Shown: positions 12,301 to 22,186 of the stretch, piece after piece
How the letters are laid out: each line of letters begins with the position of its first letter
Position numbering within the stretch: the first letter of the stretch is position 1
Assembly (NCBI GenBank): GCA_946965045.2
Contig: OX337228.1
Coordinates: 1,798,001 to 1,862,000, forward strand
DNA from: Epithemia pelagica
Lineage: Eukaryota; Protista; Bacillariophyta
Reading direction: 5' to 3'
DNA length: 64,000 nt
Position numbers and translations under genes: made by a program
Notes under the pieces: model-generated
Told to the model about the DNA's origin: nothing
Seen by the model: only the letters and a program-made list of their open reading frames with translations
Database searches by the model: none

Positions 12301-15070
12301 CACTGATCAAAGTCTCCATGACACCACGTGTACGAATGTTATCCTGGAGGGTATTGACGAATTGCTTGGTAGACTTGATACCATAAATGTCAGTAACCAA
12401 AGTATCACGACCAACAAAAATCTGAGCAATCTTGCCACCATGGTTAACAGCCGGGGTGTCGGAGAAGATGGAGTCAGTGGCAACGGGTTCATGCCGTCGT
12501 GGTAGGTTAAGGATAGGATTCCGGGCCTTAAAATGTTTCTTCAAGGTATCCTGGTCAAAGGAAATGTGTCCATGACGAGTTGTATGCTTGAACGTATCTG
12601 CGATTACATCTTCCGATTGCCACCCAAAGAAAGGGCGAAATTTCTTCCAGTCGTATTGTTCCTTGTAGAGCTTGTGGACAGACGCATGAAGTGTGGGGTC
12701 GTTGCCATCTTGATCAGCATAGATGGAAAAGAAGGAAGGTGTATCGGGGCCATGATCATATGGGAGATCAAGGAGGAGATTCAAAGTGCATACAACGCGA
12801 TCGGTATACTCCCCATATTGGTCATAGGGGTACGTTTCCATACTACCATCAGTCTCCACAGATGTCCAGTTCGGTGCAGGGTCTTGATGGGGGTCTGGAT
12901 GGGTATGGTCAAGTACAGAAGGATCCCAGATATGGGGTGAAGTGAACACAATATGCGGATATTTATCCATATCGTCATCAGAAGGGATTCCCAGAGATTG
13001 AATGTATGCAAGGCCATCCTTGATTCGTAAGGGCAATGCACGTCCATCAAGGGTAGTAATGCGTTGTTTGCCATCAACCTTGACGGATCGTTCGTCGACA
13101 GATAGGCCGAAATGTTCAAATTGCGCTGGGGCATGGATAGATAAACCCTTTCCATAGTGGGCATACTCATTGAAGATACCAATAATAGGTCCATCACTTG
13201 TATCAAACTTGGCAGCACAGGTAACAACTGGAAGGCCAGTCAATTCATGATTGTCAATACCTACGATGGTAATATGACGTCCGGTTTTGGCAAGGATGCG
13301 CATGTCAGATCCTGCAAGGCCTCCATTGGCACCTCGATCGATGAGTTGATTACCAGAAAAGGTGGATTTGCGGGAGAATAGATACCGTGACATATGAACC
13401 TTTTGCTTGTGATCGGCAGAAGACTTGAACTTGACTTTAGGACTTGACTTTGTCGTAGAAGTTGACAAGATGTTGCTGAGGTCAGATGCTGGATGATTGA
13501 TATCTGTCGATGCAATAGCCTGGTGTACGAACTGGGTAACCGGATCAGAGGATGTATCGAATGGACCTTGTTCTGGTGCATCTTGATGGGTATCACCAAT
13601 GTTGTTGGCATCAGGATCAGGGTCCGGTTCAGGATCAATGTCAAGAGAATGTGTTTGGACCTTGCGTGGAGTTGTCGGGGAATCTTGGACGGATTTATTG
13701 AAGTCGACAATGATTTGCCGATCCTCTTCAGAGAGTTTAAACCATACATCTCTTGGAAGGCTGATTTTCGACGAAGTTGGGGACTTTTCGGATTGGATAT
13801 TCGTGTTGTTGATCTGGTAGTCAGGGGGCTCCACTGGTTCAAAAGGTTCATCCAACTGAAATTCATGTTGCTTTACATGACGACGACGGTTAGACGCAGA
13901 AGTTCGGGTAGCTTGGTCATGGTCAAAAGCAGCATCAAGAAGCAGGCGGAAATATGATTGATAACAGAGAGACTTGGCTCCAGATTTTGTGTTGACAACG
14001 TTATCCAAGATCTTGACTCGTCTTAAATCAGGTACTTTTTCAACAGCTTGCATAAGGAAGGTCATCCTTGTATGGTCATGGATACGATCCGACAGTGGTA
14101 CAAGGTTATCCAGAAGTCGTAGCTGTTCTTGGAAATGTAGGAGAAACTGACGAGTTGTACCACGCCAAGAGTCATCCAGTCGAAGATTCGAAATGTAGCT
14201 TGTTAGGCGTAACACTTCTCGCTTAGCTAGATCAGATTCAGTGTGTAGAACATGGAGTTTCTTCAAGACGGCTCTTGCATCTTCATCATGTTCATGTTCT
14301 CAAACGTATGCTCTTCCTTGGTCGGTTTGGATAATACGTACAAGTACAGAATAGACAAAGACTTGTTGTTCTCGGAAAAGTAACTCTGCGCATTCGTCAT
14401 CCTTGGGTACCTTGTAATTGAAATCAAGAACATTCGACAATCCTTGTGCTTTCGCAGTTGATTTGAATACACGCCAAAACGAATCAAAGTATCGTTCGTC
14501 TTTGAATGATTCAAATGCTGTTGCATCTCTTTTGGTTCCTTTCTTGAAAGCAGAGAGATCTAACATGGATTGAGATGTTGTAGAGGATGTAGTGGGAGAT
14601 CGGGATGATACGGAGTGTGCAGGTGATTTCAGAGGAGAAACTGGGTCTTGGTTCATACCAGACTTGGTAAAGTCGGTGTTGATCCTCCAATCGTCATATT
14701 GGTCCCTCGTGAGGTTCATCCATGTAGCACGGGGTAGTTTTCCATGTTGGAGTTGCCGTTGTTGTAGTAACCAATATGCCATTAGTTTGAGTTGTAATCT
14801 TGTACTTGTCTGTAGGTCGTTGACTTGCTTTCCAACCTTGTATTGCATGAGATCCTTGAGTGTCTCCTCGGGATCAGTTGCAACATGGTCGAGGACATGA
14901 AGGATATGTTCAAAACCATGATGTCGCATCCACTTTTGAAGTGATTGGGCTCGTTCATCATTACAACCAAAGATGCCTTTAGTTATATGGTCGAAGAGAT
15001 CTTGGTCGGTTATATGACTTGACTTGTCCTCAGGAGGAGTAAACGGTGTCTTGGGAGGTGTCGCTTCCAT
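9389..15070 (-). pseudogene. Element B gag-pol (~1890 codons) with one in-frame TGA at 14300-14302
   Basis: Protease IDRGANGG, integrase VATDSIFSD/ISDGG/QNKAENR, RT FDVKHDGRHKARLVADG and VYVDD, RNase H YVDAN/TYGSEF/GDNRSV/NPADILSK. The two ORF-track segments are in frame across AYV*EHEH. Confidence 0.92.
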
Positions 15071-15404
15071 GATGTTATTTGGTTGGTTCGATGTTTATTT
15101 AATGTGCGGTGTGATGTGGTTTATTTAATGTGTGATGTGATGTGAACCCGGATGTACCACGTGTGCCACGTATGTACCACGTATGTGATACCCGGATGTG
15201 TGTTGTGATGTGCGACTCCTGGAAATTTCCGTTGATTCCGACAAATTTTCGCCGAGTTTCAACAAATTTTCGCCGAATTTTCGCGATTTGACGGGAATGT
15301 GTGGCGTGTTGTGCGACCAAGGGTACCCGGATGTGCGTTGAGTTTAAGTCTTGGACGGAACTCGGTCTTGTGTCTGGTTTGGTGTAGAAACTACGTAAAG
15401 TTAC

Positions 15405-16160
15405 TTATTCTTGGTCACTTTCGGCTCGGTACTGAAGACGTGATGCGGAATCGGTCACTGTAGTGGCTAGTTCTTCAACGTCGTCGTCTTCCAACAAGTG
15501 GTTCACGTGTTGAGTGAAGAGAGGGTAGATAGTCGCACGGAAATCCTGGCAGAGATGGATCTCGTGAACAAAGGAGACGTACTCGTCGAGACGAGTAGTC
15601 GGGGTAGGTAGCGGATTCGTCGTCGAGTTGACGATCCAGATGGTGTGGAAGTAGTTGGTTGGACGTTCAAAGGAGATGAATCGAATACGGATGGGTTCCA
15701 CAGGGTTGCCCAACAGGGCTTGGACAATGAAACGGCGTCTCGAGCACTGGTTCAAGAGGTCGAGAAGTCGTTGGATGTCCTCAAGGTCAGTCACGGGTTG
15801 GACGGACTGGAAATCGATCTCGCGTTCGGTTGTGGAACGGATCACGTCGGGGTCGGTAGTCGACTCAGTCGGCTCGCGGAAGTGTCGGATATGCGCAGTA
15901 AGAAGACGGCTCGTACGTCGGGTGCGAGTAGGGTTCAAACGGCGAGGCGGAGTCGAAGGTTGAGTCGGGATCGAAGGAGGCTGGACCACTTGGTCCGGGG
16001 TCTGGAAGGGATTCGGAGCACTGGCCTGAGTCGGGGTCGGTTTTGGAGTTTCAATCAAGGGCTCGCCCGGATGGGCCACGGGTGGATGGAGTTCCTCCCC
16101 GCTTTGTTGGAAGGAATGAAAGATGTGTCGAATAGAGAGGTTGGAATCGTCGTGAGACAT
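15405..16160 (-). CDS. Additional 251-codon ORF of unknown function between PBS and gag of element B
   Basis: Uninterrupted sense ORF from ATG 16160 (MSHDDSNL..), with a Pro/Thr-rich N-half and a globular-looking C-half. No family recognised. Confidence 0.6.
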   Translation of the reverse strand: MSHDDSNLSIRHIFHSFQQSGEELHPPVAHPGEPLIETPKPTPTQASAPNPFQTPDQVVQPPSIPTQPSTPPRRLNPTRTRRTSRLLTAHIRHFREPTESTTDPDVIRSTTEREIDFQSVQPVTDLEDIQRLLDLLNQCSRRRFIVQALLGNPVEPIRIRFISFERPTNYFHTIWIVNSTTNPLPTPTTRLDEYVSFVHEIHLCQDFRATIYPLFTQHVNHLLEDDDVEELATTVTDSASRLQYRAESDQE

Positions 16161-16181
16161 CGAAAGCTTCTCGGAAATAAA

Positions 16182-16198
16182 CGATGAGACTGTTAATC
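16182..16198 (-). other. Primer-binding site of element B (GATTAACAGTCTCATCG)
   Basis: Abuts the CA of the 5' LTR. Its complement reads as the anticodon arm UGAGA-CU-GUU-AA-UC. Confidence 0.8.
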
Positions 16199-16956
16199 TG
16201 ATAAACTTCTCTCGATTCAACAGGGGTTAGACAGATAGGTAGGATAGGTAAAAGGCTCGCTGAGCCGACAATCGAATCACCAACCGATACAACAATCCTC
16301 CACGGGTCAGAGAAGAGTTGCAAGTCGAAGTCCGCCGTGGGTGGGGGCAGTCGGTCCACTGATAAGAGGTTAGTCTTAAGATGAGTGTTAAAATGGTGAT
16401 ATTAATGATTGTGAGACGATTACTAACTAAGGTGGTTGATGGTGCTGAAGTCCTGGCTCTTGCATACGGCCATGGATCTGGTGTGATAGGTCCTCACTGG
16501 TTGGAGTAGACCGGCATTGGTGTATATTGAATGTATAGGGTGATGGATAACATGTATGGGATGCAACAGCTCTTGCTTTGTCGTGGTATAAGTCTTGTCC
16601 TGGGCGCGTTGCTGTTTGCATTCTTGGATTTGTGGGAACAGAGATATGGTCTCGCGTGATCGTGATTCGTGCTTTGATTACATAGACCGTTAGGTCGAAT
16701 CGTGGATGCGCGTACTCGGATAGTAGAGGCGCGCACTTGATAGTTTTGGGCGCGCACGTGTTGGGCCATAGTTAATATCCGAGCGGTCGCCGATAACGCG
16801 CGCACTGCGAGCATGCCGTGGCCAAATTTATAGTTTCGCGAGCATGCCGACATTCTTTTCTCCCTTTTAGGAAAATGTCATCGGATGCCATAAAATACTA
16901 GCATCATTCGATGAGTTGTAGGTTTCGCCACCTAGTTTTCGGTGAGAATCCTAACA
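16199..16956 (-). repeat. 5' LTR of element B
   Basis: Direct repeat of 8637-9394, TG..CA ends. Confidence 0.97.
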
Positions 16957-19900
16957 CTTAGGGATGCCACCGGCATCGATGAGAAACCGCCAGAACGCGT
17001 CTTGAAGGTCCCCACCGGTCAGTCGTTGAAGACCGTAACAGAACACCATGCGGGTAGCACTATCAACGAGGGTAAGACAGTAGTTAAACCCCCCAGGTGA
17101 CGTTCCGGAGCCGTAGCCAATATCCATGCCAACAAGGTCCAACTTACTCCGCTCTCGGCGACGAGACGGACCACGGCGACGTTGGTCGATCGTAGTAAAG
17201 TCGCCAACGGTAGGAACCGATTCTTGGGCGTCCACCACCTGGACACCGCTACCGACCTCCTGAAGAAGCGTGAAATCGCCAACCGTGCGATTACCAAACA
17301 GTCGGTGCAATTCGAACGGCGTGTGGCGACGCTGCTTACCAATGCCGGTATCGGCCACATAGCAAGAGGGTAGAGTCGGGGAGGCAGACGGTGAAGACTT
17401 GGCTTGGGTTTGAGCCCGTGTGGCGACGCGACGACCAATCGCCCGACAGGCACGACCATAAAGAACGCTGCCATGGCCATCACTATAGGCCAATGTAGGA
17501 GTAGCCGAACAGGGACGGATGGGAATGAGCGGATCGGCATCGTCGTCTACCGACACGACGAACGATGGGAACGTGAGGGACATCCCCTGACCATCAGCAA
17601 GGAAACTGCAACCGGCACCACGGCGACGGTGAACACGGATGGAGAGAAGATGGACATCAAGTTGCGGAACATGATAACAATCAGCCAATCGAACTGAATG
17701 TCCCCCCAGAACGAATTGGACTGTGCCTTTGCCAACAATGGGGACGCGACGACCATCACCCATTTCCACAAATTGATGGGAGACTGGTTCGTATTCATCA
17801 TCCACGAAGAGGGTCCGATCCCAAAACATGTCGGCAGTTGCGCCGGAATCGGGACACAACAGAGAACGACGGGGAGAGGGAGAGGACGGGGGAATACTAC
17901 GGCGACAAACAGAGGACGGAGAGTCGACCGGAAATATGGGTGATTCGTCTAGTAAGAGATTACTGTCACTACCTCGACTACCAAGTATCCAATGTTCAGC
18001 GAAACCATCCGAGCCTTCCGACGGAGCCTCGCTCCAATCATCAGCATCGTCAAAGTCACTCTGTGGAACAGGGCAGGAAGTGAGGGACAGTACATCACAG
18101 GGCAATCTTGAGGGACCCAACAACTTACATGTCGACGAGGCAGTGTCGCTACCAACCGTGTCCACCACAGGAGCCGGACTGACGGGAGGAGCGGAATCTT
18201 GAGCCCGACGACCGGCCACACTGGGAGTCTCGGCACTACCCGAAGAAGAACGACGACCAGCAGAGAAGGAGGATGGGCGCCCTTCAGGATTCAACACCGT
18301 ATCCTTGGTGTAGTCGTAGTCAATGGTGAACCCACACTCCTTCAACAGTGGGCACTTCCAAGTGGGATGTATACCACGGCCGCCTTTCTTGTTCCCCTTT
18401 CGGAGAATTTTACACATCAGGCACTTGTACTCCTTATGTTGCTGTTTCGCGTCGGCCGACGTCAAACTCGGTCCAACGGGCGTAAAATCATCGTCGACAT
18501 CACTCTCACCAGAGGTCACTCGTCTCCCTTTGATCACCTGGTTGCTACTGCTTTTACCATCCATGACTTCCATAGTGGACCTGGATTTATAACAGTGTTC
18601 CCGAAACTCCTGATGCATTGAGATAAACAGTTCTTGTGTCGTCATGTGGAACAAATCCAGACGATTGCATTTAAACTCTTCTTCTAAGGTACGCATTGCG
18701 TGCCCATAAGGTCCCTTAACAACCAAGTAGTAGAATCGTACACGAAACTGCAAATCAGTCACTTCATATTTGTGCGTCTGCAATCGTGCCCGAGCCTCCT
18801 TGGCTCGACGATAAAAGGTTGTGAGGTCTTCCTTGTTTCGATGCGAGAGTCGATGCCACGTATCCAGATCGTGAAAGAAGGAACTGGTGGTAGTCGGATA
18901 GGCAATCGCACGCAGACGCTCCAGTAACACAATACCATCCCCATAAGCGTCCTCGGACTGTAACTCCGACAAGACACCGAGAGCCACGGGATTCCGTTTA
19001 CCTTGAATGGCGATGACTAAATGATAATGCAGCTGTTGTGAAACCAGACGGTCATGCTCGTTGTCAGGGGTAGTAGTGTGACTCGGAATCGTCGACCCAT
19101 CTTGTAGATGCCAATGGGGCATGTGTAAGATGTTCCGGACCGCTTCATAAAACTGATCAAAGTGTTCGCCTGTAAATGCTGTGGCTGGATATTCCGGGAA
19201 CCCTTTCTGTTCGCGCCGCAACTTGCCACTTGGGGTTTCGGTAAAGCCACTCCCCCCCAAACCGACAGCACCAAGAGGCCGCGCAGGAGAGGCGGCACCA
19301 GGAGCAGCATTGAGAGAACGCACAACGTGAGCCACAGTATCAGGAGGAACCGAAGCACCGAGGAGAGCGGACTCCAAACGACGAGCAAGAGACGTGGCAT
19401 CCGAGGGAGCGGGCGAAGCAACGAGGGCAGGGGACGGGGCACCCGGGGAGAAAGCGGCCACGGGACGCGGCCAAGGACCCTGTGTATATGGGACGGTAGG
19501 AAGGGGAGGGAACGGACCCCTTGGCGGACACAAGCGAGGGTCCCAACCCAAATACCGAACGGCGGCATCATAGGTAGAGGCGCCGGCAAATTCGGGGCTG
19601 GACCCACTGAGGGACCGAAAATCGGCAATACGGGCCCACGCATCGCCCCAGGAGGTGTAGATTCCGGGATTCCAACCTCTACGGACGGCGTAGAAGTTCT
19701 TGTGGGAATGTTGGGTAGACCGGTCAGGTCCTATATACCCTCGGAGGTAAGGGTGAGCAACGCCGTGGAAGTCCCCACGGACAACCAACTCGGACAAAAT
19801 CTCGGATGAGGAGAATTGGTAACGGACGTAGACCTCCGCAGCCCCAAACGTCACAGTAGGAGGAGGTATGGGACCAGTAGGACTCGGTGGGGTAGGAGGA

Positions 19901-20427
19901 GGACTGAACGACGCCGAAGGCCCAGGAGTAACAATCTCGGTTGGCACTGGACGACCTTCTAGTAAGCTCCCGCCCGGAGAAAGATCCGCATCATAAAGAG
20001 CTTCTTCGGCCGCTTCAATTGTGTCGGCAACGCTGAGAGAACGGGGACACACCGATTGATCACCGCCTTGAATGATGACCTCACGAGTGTAGGGACTGTA
20101 CGCACTCAACGGGTCGGACGATAAGGAGGCATCTGGATCTGGACGTTGGTAACGAGGAGGAGGAGGAGACTCCGTCACTCGAGGAAGGGAAACCACCACT
20201 TCGGGAACAATGGCATGAACCATGGTCGGTGGATCAGCTGAGACGACTGTGTTGGCCACGTTATGGTTGGTGGACTCAGCATTGGACAGTGGATCATCCA
20301 ACGAAGGAGTGGTGGGGTTGATGTTGAGCTGTTGTAACATACGGCCAAACGGGGTCCGTAACAGTCTCGGATGGGAGAAGAAGCCTCCAGGAGGATCATC
20401 GGCAGATCCACCAGTTGTGGAGGACAT
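16957..20427 (-). CDS. Element A gag-protease-integrase N-half (interrupted by element B)
   Basis: Protease LLCPDSGAT, pre-integrase HRLFGNR, integrase VGMDIG..YCLTLVDSATR. Removing B and one TSD joins IDAGGIPK to TVQCDFDSRF in frame. Confidence 0.92.
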
Positions 20428-20478
20428 GGTGAAGGAAGGTCTCCCCGTGAGGGTAACCCAAACGCAAAGCAAGGCACC

Positions 20479-20497
20479 GCAGTTGGGCTCGATAACC
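20479..20497 (-). other. Primer-binding site of element A (GGTTATCGAGCCCAACTGC)
   Basis: Abuts the 5' LTR. Equals the Ty5/copia-type internal tRNA-iMet PBS GGTTATGAGCCC plus one extra C. Confidence 0.7.
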
Positions 20498-20694
20498 TGA
20501 TAGAATGCAGTGGGTAACGCAAACGGGAAAATTGAAAGATTATAAGATCTTACTGTCTATGAGATCCTCGGACGATGTCAGCCCAACTGACTTTCTTGGT
20601 TTGGGTCTTTGGTCGTGTCATTGTTGCTTCGTGACTGGTTGTGCGACCACGCCGGGCGACTTCGTCCTTGTCCATCACTTTGTCAATTCCAACA
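20498..20694 (-). repeat. 5' LTR of element A
   Basis: Direct repeat of 5574-5770. Confidence 0.97.
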
Positions 20695-20882
20695 CTTCCG
20701 TCCCCGCCACGCAACATAGGCCACGTACACGTATGTCATCTCAAAAAGCAAAATCTCAAATCTAATCTCATCTGTTCCTCTTGTTACAGGGAGTCTCCAT
20801 TCATCTCGTGTATTCTGTCCTTGGTCAAGCGCCAGTCTCTCGGTAGTTGACCCTTTTTCGTCCCATACAAACGATCCCAGTC

Positions 20883-21872
20883 ATGCGAATGGTGAGACAT
20901 CGGACCAACTTTGTGCTTCTTTGGGCTCTCATGGCGTCACGGCACACAACAACCACTGGCCCTGTCGCTGTCGCGGCCTTGTCGACCACAACGACAACAA
21001 CGACGACAACAACGACTCCACGGATTGCACAAGAGGAAGGAGGATGGTCATTGGTGGCGATTCAAGCAGCCAAGGATATGAGTCTCAGTCAAGGTGCAAA
21101 ACTCGTCCAAGCCGGTGTGTTGGAGGTGGAACGACCCATTCACATTCTCGGACACTCGGTCGGCACCGCAGCACCCTCCGTTCTGGGAACCCTGGAACGG
21201 AAAACGACCAAAACCATTCATTTTCAACGTCATGGACAAGGCTATCACAATTTGATTTGTGACTTGTGGAGAGAATGGGGTCAGCCCATTGATTTTGATT
21301 CGTCCGACCCCAAACTCAATCCCGTGGTGCGACCCGAATGTTTGGATCCTCCCTTGACCCATGTCGGAGTGCAACAATGCCGGGCCCGACAAGCGCTGTG
21401 CAACAGCTTGTATCCACAAGCCATTATCGTTTCACCCTTATTGCGGTGTTTGCAAACCGCGCAAGCATCCTTTGCGGCTCCCCATCATTCGGTCACTCAC
21501 ATTCCTTGGGTGGCCCATGAAGGCTGTCGTGAAGAATTGGGACTCTTGGTGGGCAATCAACGACGACCCCGGTCGGAAATTCAACAAGATTATCCACAGA
21601 TTGATCTTTCGCAAGTTGTTCATCATGACGATGTCTTGTGGCAAACCTATGGGACGGAGCGACGAGAGACAGTCTTGGAAAAGGCGGATCGTATCTACGA
21701 CTTTTTGACCAATTTTGTCGCCCAACGACCCGAGGACGATTTGGCCATTGTCACCCATTCCGCCTATCTCTTTACTCTACTCAACGGAGTGGTACATGTG
21801 CAAGACGAGGACCTGAAACGTTGGTTCCTCACCTCCGAGGTCCGGTCCCTGCAACTCTCCTTTTACGAATAA
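20883..21872 (+). CDS. Histidine phosphatase / phosphoglycerate mutase-like protein
   Basis: IHFQRHGQGYHN (RHG), VSPLLRCLQTA, EGCRE, IVTHSAYL. N-terminal targeting-like segment. Confidence 0.88.
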   Translation: MRMVRHRTNFVLLWALMASRHTTTTGPVAVAALSTTTTTTTTTTTPRIAQEEGGWSLVAIQAAKDMSLSQGAKLVQAGVLEVERPIHILGHSVGTAAPSVLGTLERKTTKTIHFQRHGQGYHNLICDLWREWGQPIDFDSSDPKLNPVVRPECLDPPLTHVGVQQCRARQALCNSLYPQAIIVSPLLRCLQTAQASFAAPHHSVTHIPWVAHEGCREELGLLVGNQRRPRSEIQQDYPQIDLSQVVHHDDVLWQTYGTERRETVLEKADRIYDFLTNFVAQRPEDDLAIVTHSAYLFTLLNGVVHVQDEDLKRWFLTSEVRSLQLSFYE

Positions 21873-22186
21873 ACAATACTTTATGCTCTAGTAAGAGGAA
21901 CGTGTCAAGGCCAATTGTTGTCTTTGACACTTCCAGTCAACTTACAAGCCCAACTTCAGAGGATGACACCATGCCGGTCCATGGACGAGTAAAGCAAGAC
22001 GATGATCTGCAACCTTGGCTCCTCAGTACCAAAACATGTGGGTACAACATTTCTCCAACACTACTGTATACTATTCAATAAAATAGTCGTGTGCCAGAGT
22101 CGATTGCTGAATTGTTTAACTGCGTGTAAACTTGTGTCTTATTGTTTGTATCTTTGGTCCGAGTGGGGAAGGATTCTTGTTTCAGC

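Larger units (their letters stand above)
8637..16956 (-). mobile_element. Ty1/copia LTR retrotransposon B (inner, CoDi-like, 8320 bp) inserted in the integrase of A
   Basis: 758-bp TG..CA LTRs (8637-9394, 16199-16956), 5-bp TSD CTTAG (8632-8636, 16957-16961), PBS, short PPT and gag-pol. Confidence 0.97.
5574..20694 (-). mobile_element. Ty1/copia LTR retrotransposon A (outer, CoDi-like), ~6.8 kb after removing the nested insert
   Basis: Two apparently identical 197-bp TG..CA LTRs (5574-5770, 20498-20694), 5-bp TSD CTTCC (5569-5573, 20695-20699), PPT, PBS, and gag-PR-IN-RT-RH domain order. Confidence 0.97.

Noticed and set aside
15645-16187. 180-aa plus-strand ORF in element B
   Set aside because: Antisense shadow of the more protein-like sense ORF at 15405-16160.
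16182-16198. tRNA-like sequence as a tRNA gene
   Set aside because: Only an anticodon-arm fragment is present, with no acceptor, D or T arms. It is interpreted as a PBS.
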